DNA from: a virus
DNA: 37,835 nt
Reading direction: 5' to 3' (one strand)
IMG/VR virus record: IMGVR_UViG_3300025529_000020
Coordinates: 1 to 37,835 of that record
Positions within the stretch are counted from its first letter, which is position 1. Each line of letters starts with the position of its first letter. Under the pieces are notes generated by a model. It ran no database searches. It was not told the origin of the DNA and saw nothing but the letters and a program-made list of their open reading frames with translations. Shown here in pieces: positions 9,415 to 17,323 of the stretch. A program made the position numbers and the translations under genes.

Positions 9415-10846
9415 CAGGATCCCCCTCCTCGACAGACAGAGAACCCCCGGAGGCCTCTACAGGAAGCGAAGTTTCGTCACCGCGGAGCAGCGTCGCGGCA
9501 ACCTCCGCAACATCCGTAGCCATATCCCGCTGTTTCAGCCGTTTCCACCTGCGAATCTGGAACGGCGTAACACCCGGGATCAGTTCCCACAACGCCTCTG
9601 CAGGGATGCCCAACATGGTGGCCAGTTTGCCGAGAGCATCCGCGGAAGCAGCGAGAGATCGTGCTTCTGTGTCGCGCCACACAACACGAGCACGGGTGTT
9701 CTCCGCATCCTCGAATTGTCCTGCAGCAAACGCCAAAAGACGGAATACACGCGACCATGCTTCTCCGAAAACCGCCTTTCTTTCCGAGACTTTTCTTGAC
9801 AGCCCCGCTTCCGCGGCTGCCAGCGCTTCCGCGCTAATGTTGACCAGCCCACCGAGAAGATAGTGTGGCGGCACTTGCGCAATAGTCGCCATGTGTTTAA
9901 TGGCAGATTCTTGCGACGCAAGATACCCCGTCAAATCCGTTTCCGTGAACTCACCGAATCTTGCGTCTTTAGACGCGGTAGTCCACAGTCGGTTCACCGC
10001 GGCCTCGAACGGCTCAATCGGCCGCCCGGTTTCCGGATCGCGGGGAATCTCCACACCGGTAGCCCATTTCTGCTTAAACGCCGCATACTGCTGAGCGATC
10101 AGCAAGCCCAACGTTGTATCGTTCAGGCGATCCTGCAGCGGGATAAGCGGCCACACCTCGCCGAGCTCCGCGATCCGCACATCCGGATCATCAGTCCACT
10201 GATTGCGGAAAACCACCACGGGACACACACCGAACGGGTGAGTCCAAGAATCCAACAGCCTGTATTCCTGGACGTTCCCGTAATCTCCGGACGGAACCCA
10301 GAATGACCACACACCCTCAGCGTCCACGAGGTCCCACACATCGCCCACAAGTCCGAGTTCGTTTTTCACTCGGGATCGCGAGCGACGGATCGCATAGTCC
10401 GGATATTCCGCATCCGGATCCTCCTGAACCACATACATGGCCAGCGGGGAATACACGCGCGCCACGGGACCTGGATCGCCAGGCCACACCATCACGTACC
10501 CGTGTCCATACGTCAACGCGGACCGGTACACATGCATTTGGCGTGACAGCATCCCGTTAGCCACCCAATATTCCCACACGTTGAGGTTATCGGGATGCTC
10601 ATCATCACGGTAACCCTCGACATAGAGGTTTTGCGCCACCGTGGTGACGATCAAAGGAAGCCAATTCCCGATTGCTTCTTGGCGGAATCCCGAGAATTCA
10701 CCCTCGTGGGAGCGCGGCATGTACGAGGGATCGTGGAGACCCCGCATATACCTACGCACGCGGTCCAGCGCTTGTTCCTCGTCCACACGAGATCGCAGCG
10801 CGTGCGCCAACCGCTCCTCCGCAGTCACTGGACCGCCTCCTTTCAC
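9401..10846 (-). CDS. Portal protein
   Basis: 481-aa ORF directly downstream of terminase large subunit; acidic C-terminus. Confidence 0.8.
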   Translation of the reverse strand: MKGGGPVTAEERLAHALRSRVDEEQALDRVRRYMRGLHDPSYMPRSHEGEFSGFRQEAIGNWLPLIVTTVAQNLYVEGYRDDEHPDNLNVWEYWVANGMLSRQMHVYRSALTYGHGYVMVWPGDPGPVARVYSPLAMYVVQEDPDAEYPDYAIRRSRSRVKNELGLVGDVWDLVDAEGVWSFWVPSGDYGNVQEYRLLDSWTHPFGVCPVVVFRNQWTDDPDVRIAELGEVWPLIPLQDRLNDTTLGLLIAQQYAAFKQKWATGVEIPRDPETGRPIEPFEAAVNRLWTTASKDARFGEFTETDLTGYLASQESAIKHMATIAQVPPHYLLGGLVNISAEALAAAEAGLSRKVSERKAVFGEAWSRVFRLLAFAAGQFEDAENTRARVVWRDTEARSLAASADALGKLATMLGIPAEALWELIPGVTPFQIRRWKRLKQRDMATDVAEVAATLLRGDETSLPVEASGGSLSVEEGDPGGGD

Positions 10847-12549
10847 TATCCAAACCCGAACAGAATTCCAGGCTGCTCATCATCGCCACGGTTCCGCTCA
10901 GACAAACGGCCACGCTCAATCGCCATACGACGTGCCTCACGAGCCAACACCATGGCTACCGCGGCATCGACTTTTCGTTCCGACTCCCTCGACTCTTTCC
11001 CAAGGCCTACCCCGAACGCGTTCGGACGTCGCCGAGCGTTCTTGATGTGGCGGATTAGTCGCACGTCGTTGGCAATAGTGAACGTACGTTCCTCGATCGC
11101 GGCCCTCGTCGACTCAGCAGCGCGCGTGAAATCGCGGAGTCGACCACGCATATCGAACGCGACAGAATGTCTCGCGGAAGCGCGAACAGCAAGCCGATCC
11201 CGGTACTGTTCTGCCCACGTGTCCACGTACGATTGCCAATACGCCACGTCGGCGAAAAAGGCGACCACGTCCCAACGTTCGAACGCGGCACGCACCGCCT
11301 CAGTGACCTCATCCGTGGGCACCGACCATCCCTGAGCGTCCGGAGAGTCCGGGCGTTCCCAAATACCCAGTGGCCACACGTGACCGGTCTCAATGTCACA
11401 CGCGATAAGCGCGGTAGCGTCCACCGTTTTAGAACCGTCAAACCCGAGTGCGATCATCGCACCGTCCGGGATTTCCCGGTCCTCAACGATGGCATCCACC
11501 TGGTCCGGACGGACCCATGCATCCGACGCGGCCACGATTTGGTTGAAGAAGAAGCGACGCGCCTCCTCGACAGGCTGCCGCGGATCGTAAACTTCGGCCA
11601 CAATCCGGTCAAAATCAACCCACGTCGAATCCCCGTACGCAACGCGGAGTGCGCGGCGCAAATCCTGCTCGTCCGCAATGTCCACGTCCGCTGGGGCTTC
11701 TCGGCAGTCATACAGATAGGGAACGCGATACCCCGGGTCTTCAGCGGCACGCTGCTGCATGGCTAGGTACATCTCGTATGTGCTCTGCGCCACCGAGTGG
11801 CGGCTAGGATCGTGAGCGTTGGTGATCTCCACCGCCCTGGCACCGCCACCAGCGATTTTGCCTAGGTTTCTCCGCACCGTACGGGCAACATGGTGACCAC
11901 CAGACGATTCAGTCCAGTGGTGCGTTTCCTCAAAAATCGCGAAAGTCGGACGACCACCTTCCAGCGACTGGCTGGAAGACGTCACGGGCTCAATCTTCCC
12001 AGGTCGGCCCGATGCGAACTGGACCATGGTTTTTCCCACGTCCAACCCGTAGTCAGCCACCGCGGGACTCGCCACCACCATGCCGCGGATCATCTGAAAC
12101 GTGTTCGCGGTCTGCGCATAGCTGGTTGCCGCAATCTGAACCCACGGAGAATGGACGCGTTTCCCAATGGGATGTAGCGCATCCCCCGAATGCGGACCCA
12201 CGCACGTGGCGCAGAATTCACCCTGACGAGCCCAGTGAGAAAACCTCACCGGACCCAAAAACTCCGCCAAACACAAAAGTGCGGCAAGCGGGGATTTTCC
12301 CCAGCCTTTCGCACGGCGAAGTGTTGCGCCGTTAAACACAAATCTGCCGCGGTCGTCTACGGCGTAGAGCCACAGCACAAACCTGACCTGCTCTGGCGTA
12401 AACCGCCACTGTGTCCCTGCACGCTCCCCATCAGGCTGCACAATGTAGCGCGTAGCCCACAGCAAAACCCCCCAGCCCAGCGTACAATCCGGAAGATCAT
12501 GAGGCAGGTTGCCGGTCTGTCCCCCAGACGAGCCCATCAACGCTCCCAA
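10846..12549 (-). CDS. Terminase large subunit
   Basis: 567-aa ORF with Walker A-like GWGKSPLAA motif, between terminase small subunit and portal. Confidence 0.8.
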   Translation of the reverse strand: MGALMGSSGGQTGNLPHDLPDCTLGWGVLLWATRYIVQPDGERAGTQWRFTPEQVRFVLWLYAVDDRGRFVFNGATLRRAKGWGKSPLAALLCLAEFLGPVRFSHWARQGEFCATCVGPHSGDALHPIGKRVHSPWVQIAATSYAQTANTFQMIRGMVVASPAVADYGLDVGKTMVQFASGRPGKIEPVTSSSQSLEGGRPTFAIFEETHHWTESSGGHHVARTVRRNLGKIAGGGARAVEITNAHDPSRHSVAQSTYEMYLAMQQRAAEDPGYRVPYLYDCREAPADVDIADEQDLRRALRVAYGDSTWVDFDRIVAEVYDPRQPVEEARRFFFNQIVAASDAWVRPDQVDAIVEDREIPDGAMIALGFDGSKTVDATALIACDIETGHVWPLGIWERPDSPDAQGWSVPTDEVTEAVRAAFERWDVVAFFADVAYWQSYVDTWAEQYRDRLAVRASARHSVAFDMRGRLRDFTRAAESTRAAIEERTFTIANDVRLIRHIKNARRRPNAFGVGLGKESRESERKVDAAVAMVLAREARRMAIERGRLSERNRGDDEQPGILFGFG

Positions 12550-12620
12550 TCGTCCACGCGCGTCCGGGAACGCTGACCGGTGGGCACTTAGCCAGCGACT
12601 AAACCCGCTCGGCGACCATC

Positions 12621-13199
12621 TCAGCCCTCCTGAGCCAGCATTTCCCGGTACTCGGCCAACACCGCAACATTGTCCGGAGATGCTTCCGGACCAGAGTTCG
12701 CGGCAGCGGCAGCAGCGCTCGCACCACCATCCGACACACTCCCAACGCGACCCCGAAGGCGCTCCATGTGGGTACCGCCCAATGCACGCTCCGCGCGGAA
12801 CACGATCTCAAAAATCCGAGCTTTCCGCATCGCGTCCTTTTCCCGATGCATGGCATCCACCAGCGGCAGCAGGCTCTTCAGCACCTCCCAGTCAGAAGGT
12901 TCGAAGTGCGCCACCTGAGCGGAGTGGCACCACGCGGTCCACCACTCCCGGGTCGCGGACAGCCAGCGCTTGGGATTGGGCAGTTCGGGAATTTCTCTCG
13001 CGGAAGTCCCCAGCGGAGCGCCACGAACAGAGTCCGCGGTAGGCTGGGAACTGTCCGGAGCACCGCACGAGGGGCACGCACGGCCGTCCGCATCCCGCAG
13101 AGAACCACAACTCACACACTGTCTACGCCGGACCCCAGTGAAGGGATCCGGGTTGCGTCGTCTACGATTAGGGTTAGGAGGTGGTCCCATACCAGCCAT
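12621..13199 (-). CDS. Putative terminase small subunit (with CxxC...CxxC zinc ribbon)
   Basis: Position between HNH and terminase large subunit; ATG with GGGAGGGA RBS; Arg-rich N-terminus. Confidence 0.5.
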   Translation of the reverse strand: MAGMGPPPNPNRRRRNPDPFTGVRRRQCVSCGSLRDADGRACPSCGAPDSSQPTADSVRGAPLGTSAREIPELPNPKRWLSATREWWTAWCHSAQVAHFEPSDWEVLKSLLPLVDAMHREKDAMRKARIFEIVFRAERALGGTHMERLRGRVGSVSDGGASAAAAAANSGPEASPDNVAVLAEYREMLAQEG

Positions 13200-13382
13200 G
13201 CGATATCCCTCCCTGCCACACCTGACCGAACCCGTGTTCGCGGCCCCGCGCGCACGCGCACGCGCGCGTAGAGGGCGCGTTTGCGCAGGTCAGAGCGCTA
13301 AAGCGTTTTACCAGACCCGTACACGGAGAAAAAAGTGCTATCCGCACGCGCTCTCCGCTCCTCCCGGGTCCGGGGGTACCCC

Positions 13383-13700
13383 CTAGGTCACTTTTTTGTA
13401 ACACCAAAATGGGTGTTGCTCTGCCTCACGAACGCGGCGACGACGTGTCCTCGCTGCTGCTGCAGCACCTTCACGTGAGCTCTTCTTCGCGTGGTGGTAG
13501 CGACACAGTGCCTGCAGGTTGTTCAGCGAGTGGTCATCGCCTGCAATGATGTGGTCTACTTCTGTCGCTACCTCAGTACACCGCGTACCAGTATCGACCC
13601 TGATCCACTCGCAGCGATACCCAGCGCGCTCAAGAACGGTAACGCGAATGCGTCTCCAGTTTCGCGGCAGACGGTCGCCGCGGTTGCTTGTACTCCACAT
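13383..13700 (-). CDS. HNH endonuclease (terminase-associated)
   Basis: CxxC ... EVDHII ... NLQALCRYHH motifs; ATG at 13700 with GGAGGGG RBS (ORF-track start at 13712 is an upstream GTG). Confidence 0.8.
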   Translation of the reverse strand: MWSTSNRGDRLPRNWRRIRVTVLERAGYRCEWIRVDTGTRCTEVATEVDHIIAGDDHSLNNLQALCRYHHAKKSSREGAAAAARTRRRRVREAEQHPFWCYKKVT

Positions 13701-13723
13701 ACACCCCTCCACATGAATGGAGG

Positions 13724-13800
13724 GCTGGGGGATCTTATATGGGGGATCCCTTTCCTACGCGGGGATCCCTATAGGGGGATCCATATCGGGGATGGCGTTT
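13724..13800. repeat. Four to five direct GGGGATC(C) repeats interleaved with CCTACGCGG, in the leader of the HNH/terminase operon
   Basis: GGGGATC at about 13727, 13742, 13761, 13777 and 13788; CCTACGCGG at 13754 and 13802. Confidence 0.6.
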
Positions 13801-13836
13801 CCCTACGCGGCCCTCCTTAGACGGTCACCGCAAAAC

Positions 13837-13879
13837 GCGGAGTACAGCTCCCGGTCTGCCCCAGGGCACTGTACTCCGC
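13837..13879 (-). promoter_or_regulatory. Leader hairpin (11-bp stem GCGGAGTACAG/CTGTACTCCGC) followed by GUUUUG on the minus strand
   Basis: Perfect 11-bp inverted repeat with 21-nt loop between promoter-like motif and HNH gene. Confidence 0.5.
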
Positions 13880-13884
13880 TACAT

Positions 13885-13910
13885 AGTGTTACAGGTCCCG
13901 GTGCGCGCTC
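13885..13910 (-). promoter_or_regulatory. Conserved motif site 1 (GTTACAGGTCC ... GCGCGC), candidate phage promoter/operator
   Basis: One of five copies of the same motif, all in intergenic DNA upstream of minus-strand operons. Confidence 0.5.
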
Positions 13911-13917
13911 TCCTAGA

Positions 13918-14018
13918 GGGTGACGAGTGACGAGTTTTTTCGTAGTTTTAGATTGTTCTATATGTATGTATATAGAGCAATATAAAACTAATGTTTAAAT
14001 CGTCATTCGTCATCACTC
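13918..14018. repeat. AT-rich island A, bounded by inverted repeats GTGACGAGTGACGAG / TCGTCATTCGTCATCAC
   Basis: About 65 bp of AT-rich DNA with nested palindrome CTATAT...ATATAG in an otherwise GC-rich genome, flanked by imperfect 15-bp inverted arms. Confidence 0.6.
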
Positions 14019-14030
14019 ACCCCATCTCCT

Positions 14031-15635
14031 CTACTCCGCGTAGACCGCTCCCTCACTCTCCGCGCTCTCCCCAGCGTCTGCCCATTCGATCCGCAGTCGG
14101 TGCGGACCAACGGTGCGTGGCTGTCCGAGTCTTACCGGGTAGATGATGACCCTGTTGATCGCGAGGTGGAGTAGGTCCCGCACCAGCGCTCGCTGTCCGC
14201 GTTCCACTGCGTCCCGCATCGCATCTGCCAGCGTTTCCGGATCGTCCACGAACCCCAAGTCCAACGTTGCTTGTGACCGCGCGATAGCGGCCTGCAGCTC
14301 TCGGAGTTCCGCGGACAGTGACCGCATCTCCGAGACGAACAGCTCCGGAGCGTCCTCGTAGGCTCCTGCCCTGAACGCGTCGTGGAGTCTTTGACGTACG
14401 GTCTCGATTTCTTGGATCCGTGCGCGCTTCGCCGCGATTTCTTCGGACTCGCTTGGTTGTTGTCGAGCTGTCCACCGCTCAGCGATGATCAGTGCGAGCA
14501 TGTCCGTGGGTTCAAGCGCGGTTATTCGGTTGAGCCACTCGGCGATCACGAGCTGCTCTGCGCGTTCTCTGGTGATCCGCGCTGGTGCGGGACATGTGGC
14601 TATCGCGGACGTGACGGATGCGCACACCTGTTGCACACCGGATGCTGGTGCGGAGCGTCCGCATGTGCCACACACCGCGATCCCGGTCAGGATGTGTTTT
14701 CTGTGTCTCGCAGTGGGGCGTACGATGCGGCGACGTGTAGAAAACGTGGTGATGTTCTTTGTGAGCCTTTCGAGGAGCTGCTCTCGCTCGTCCGGCGTGA
14801 GCACACCTTCCCCGATGCTGACGAGTCGACCTTCCTCGTCACGGTAAGGTTCTACCAGGTGGGATTTGCCGTTGTTTGCGCGGCCCGCTACCTGCAGCCC
14901 TGCGATTGCGGGGTTGGTGATCAGGCTGATGTAGGTCGTGACGTACCAGATGCCTCCACTGGGGCCGCGGATGCCGAGTTCGTTCTGTTCAGCAACCACG
15001 CTACGCGCTGAGCGTCCGCCGAGAATCTGTTCCGCTCCCCAACGCAGGACCTGGGCACGCGTTCGACCGTCTTCGGTCGGTGTGGTGTAGTCGGGACGTA
15101 CCTTCCGTGTTTTCGGATCTAAGAGGAGTCCCCACGGCACGCTTCCCCCGATCCATTCTCCGTCTCGGCGTTGCCGGGCCTTGCTGATGTGGATTCTGTG
15201 GGATAGGTCAACGCTGTACTGTCGAGCACGCTCCGCCTCATCGATGATGTGGCGACGGTCATGCTCGTCCAGCGTGTCGTAGCGGTCCCAGTAGAAGATG
15301 ACCCGGTGCTTGCCCAGCATGGGGAGTACGTCTTCTGCGCCTCGACGAGTAAGGCGGTCCAGCCTGAAAACCCACAGTGCCTCGACTTCTCCGCGTTGTA
15401 GTGCGGCAAGTGCCTTTCGGAACACCGGCCGTTCCCGGTCCGCGTATGCGGAGCCTAATTCTCGCCACACGTGCCGTACTTGGCTGCCTACCTGTGCTGC
15501 CCAGTGCCGGCCGATTTCCTCCTGTTCCCGGATGGAGACTTCGCGTAGGCGGTCGCCTTCGGAGAGAACCCGGGATTTCCTCACGTACAGGTCCACCGTT
15601 TTTGGTGGTGGGAGTAGTTGGGAGTGGGGGAACAC
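14031..15635 (-). CDS. Large serine recombinase (phage integrase)
   Basis: N-terminal resolvase-type catalytic motif VDLYVRKSRVLSEG...RLDRLTRR, central recombinase domain, Cys-rich zinc ribbon (CGTCGR...C...C) and coiled-coil C-terminus; GTG at 15635 with GGAGG RBS. Confidence 0.8.
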   Translation of the reverse strand: MFPHSQLLPPPKTVDLYVRKSRVLSEGDRLREVSIREQEEIGRHWAAQVGSQVRHVWRELGSAYADRERPVFRKALAALQRGEVEALWVFRLDRLTRRGAEDVLPMLGKHRVIFYWDRYDTLDEHDRRHIIDEAERARQYSVDLSHRIHISKARQRRDGEWIGGSVPWGLLLDPKTRKVRPDYTTPTEDGRTRAQVLRWGAEQILGGRSARSVVAEQNELGIRGPSGGIWYVTTYISLITNPAIAGLQVAGRANNGKSHLVEPYRDEEGRLVSIGEGVLTPDEREQLLERLTKNITTFSTRRRIVRPTARHRKHILTGIAVCGTCGRSAPASGVQQVCASVTSAIATCPAPARITRERAEQLVIAEWLNRITALEPTDMLALIIAERWTARQQPSESEEIAAKRARIQEIETVRQRLHDAFRAGAYEDAPELFVSEMRSLSAELRELQAAIARSQATLDLGFVDDPETLADAMRDAVERGQRALVRDLLHLAINRVIIYPVRLGQPRTVGPHRLRIEWADAGESAESEGAVYAE

Positions 15636-15668
15636 GAACGCCTCCAAGTGTGTGCTGATGTGCGTAGG

Positions 15669-15674
15669 AGTATA
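15669..15674 (-). promoter_or_regulatory. -10-like hexamer TATACT upstream of integrase start
   Basis: TATACT about 27 nt upstream of the GGAGG RBS, downstream of a terminator. Confidence 0.35.
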
Positions 15675-15705
15675 GCGACCTTGTGGAGTGTTCGTGTTTG
15701 GGCAT

Positions 15706-15744
15706 GAAAAAAGACCCGTTCGCCGTTGGTTGGTGAACGGGTCT
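15706..15744 (-). terminator. Intrinsic terminator (GACCCGTTC...GAACGGGTC stem followed by TTTTTT)
   Basis: 9-bp GC-rich stem and U6 tract on the minus strand; lies inside the over-extended ORF-track integrase ORF. Confidence 0.7.
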
Positions 15745-15762
15745 TGGTCCGCTGATTGGTGC

Positions 15763-15853
15763 GGGACCATCCCCACATGCGTGGGGAGCAGGTTTTGAGG
15801 TCCGTCTAGAGTAAATCCAGGCCGGGACCATCCCCACATGCGTGGGGAGCAGG
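15763..15853. repeat. Two 30-bp direct repeats GGGACCATCCCCACATGCGTGGGGAGCAGG (15763-15792 and 15824-15853), each with an internal hairpin
   Basis: Exact 30-bp duplication with 61-bp period; each copy contains palindrome CCCCAC-ATGC-GTGGGG. Confidence 0.8.
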
Positions 15854-15922
15854 ATGTTTGGATCCTGATACCCGCAGTTGCGGGAGCACGTGCCCTACTG
15901 TACTGGAGTGTGGGGGCGTTGT

Positions 15923-16537
15923 CTACTCGGAGTCGTCTTCCTGGAGCTCTTCCCGGAGCTCATCCCGGTAGCTCGTCAGGCGTTCCAGGATGTCTTCGTA
16001 GGCCTCGTCTGGCAGCACACCGCTGGGAACGCCCTTCTCGAGGTCTACCACGGTCCTACGTGCCAGCTCTTCCAGCTGTTCATCGGTGGTGTCGGTGTCC
16101 ACCTCGTCCCGAACGTAGGGGAACCAGTCGTCCTCGTCGAGGGGGAAGACTTCGTCTTCCGGGAACCACCGGCCGGGGTCTTCCACCAGCTCCGAGATCT
16201 TTTCCTGAGCGCGGAAACCTTCAGGCAGGAGGTAAGCGCGCCAGTCGTTACCATCCCATTCCTCGTCCCAGTGGTCCAGCATGGTTTCCACCAGCGGCTT
16301 GATCTTCTCCATGGTGGCGTTGGCCACGTCCGCGGTGAGCGGGGGGATCCGGAAACGGCGGACGTATCCGGCCCAAACCGACTTGGGGATAGCTCCCCCG
16401 ATTTCCGGGTCGTAGGTGGCGGAGATGGTGCCCCTCTCAAGGTCTACCTCGATGTAGCAGGGCTGTGGCTGGTGGCCCTGGATGTGGCAGTAGAGCTCAC
16501 CGGGGGTTTCCACCTTGATGATGGTTGCCTTCGCCAT
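15923..16537 (-). CDS. Highly acidic hypothetical protein (204 aa)
   Basis: ORF with Asp/Glu-rich C-terminal two-thirds (DEEWDGNDW, EDEVFPLDEDDWFPYVRDEVDTDTTDEQLEE); first gene of the minus-strand early region, divergent from the Xis-like gene. Confidence 0.5.
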   Translation of the reverse strand: MAKATIIKVETPGELYCHIQGHQPQPCYIEVDLERGTISATYDPEIGGAIPKSVWAGYVRRFRIPPLTADVANATMEKIKPLVETMLDHWDEEWDGNDWRAYLLPEGFRAQEKISELVEDPGRWFPEDEVFPLDEDDWFPYVRDEVDTDTTDEQLEELARRTVVDLEKGVPSGVLPDEAYEDILERLTSYRDELREELQEDDSE

Positions 16538-16643
16538 GGTGGTGCTCCTTTCTAGTTGGTACCGCAGTAGTGGTTGATGCGGTTTCTGTCGACCTGATGC
16601 CTACAGCATACCCGGTTGTCGCTTTGTTGTCTACACTGGTGCC

Positions 16644-16844
16644 ATGATTTCTCGATCCGATGACGAGTACGTGGACATGCAGGAGCTGGCACAGATGCTG
16701 GGGGTTCAGTACGCCACCATCCGCCAGCAGCGGTATCGAGGTCGTCTCCCAAAGCCGGACCGGGTGTTCGGGCGTTCCCCGGTGTGGCGGATGGGGACGC
16801 TCAGGCAGTGGGCACGTGAGGCTGGGAAAACCTTGGACGAGTAG
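16644..16844 (+). CDS. Helix-turn-helix DNA-binding protein, excisionase/AlpA-like (66 aa)
   Basis: Plus-strand ORF with HTH-like segment ELAQMLGVQYATIRQQRYRGRLP; followed by a canonical terminator. Confidence 0.6.
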   Translation: MISRSDDEYVDMQELAQMLGVQYATIRQQRYRGRLPKPDRVFGRSPVWRMGTLRQWAREAGKTLDE

Positions 16845-16855
16845 GAGGGATCAAG

Positions 16856-16890
16856 GGCCCCGGGTGTAGTGTCCGGGGCCTTCTTTTTTG
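16856..16890 (+). terminator. Intrinsic terminator after the Xis-like gene
   Basis: GGCCCCGGG-tgtagtgt-CCGGGGCC hairpin followed by TTCTTTTTTG. Confidence 0.75.
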
Positions 16891-17078
16891 TGGGCATGTG
16901 CGGTGTATGCGCTGTTCAGCGTCGGTGTGCGCATGTGTATGTAGTATGAGCATGCTGTGAACACATGCGTGTGCCGGTGGGGCCGTGTTTGTCGTGGAGG
17001 AAATGCGTCGCGGACGTGGTAGAGTGGATGCGGTCATTGTCTCCTGAGTGTGTGCGTGGATGAGTGGACTATGACCAG

Positions 17079-17108
17079 CCCCGGGGTTGGTGCCCCGGGG
17101 TTCTTTTA
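17079..17108 (+). terminator. Plus-strand terminator-like hairpin with no annotated upstream gene
   Basis: CCCCGGGG-ttggtg-CCCCGGGG followed by TTCTTTTAT; no T-tract in the minus orientation. Confidence 0.5.
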
Positions 17109-17323
17109 TGTCCAGACACACAGAGAGCCCCGGTACTGGGTAGCACCGGGGCTCGTGCGGTATGTGGTTATGGTGCTAGACGGTGGTCGGTGTCGACACG
17201 GTCACTCGGCCTCGGTGACCGGGTAGCCGACATGCCCGAGTCTCCGTTCTGAGTTGTGGTTGTGGTTGGGTGGTGCGGCCGCTGGGGCCGCACCGGTTCT
17301 ACTCGACTAGCGGAAACCGCTGG

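Noticed and set aside
13717-13923. Plus-strand ORF of 68 aa
   Set aside because: Encoded entirely by the GGGGATC repeat array, hairpin and promoter-like motif in the late-operon leader; considered regulatory DNA.
13918-14018. Miniature transposable element (MITE-like) reading of the AT-rich islands with terminal inverted repeats
   Set aside because: No transposase gene, no target-site duplication, and only about 100 bp long; regulatory or origin function seems more likely, though not excluded.
15636-15839. N-terminal 68 codons of the ORF-track integrase
   Set aside because: Contains an intrinsic terminator, a -10-like hexamer and the RBS for an internal GTG start; the catalytic domain begins after 15635.
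15878-16555. Plus-strand ORF of 225 aa
   Set aside because: Antisense to the acidic-protein gene 15923-16537, which has the better coding signal.
17064-17252. Plus-strand ORF of 62 aa
   Set aside because: Contains two strong GC hairpins including a terminator-like structure and has no RBS; more likely structured non-coding sequence.
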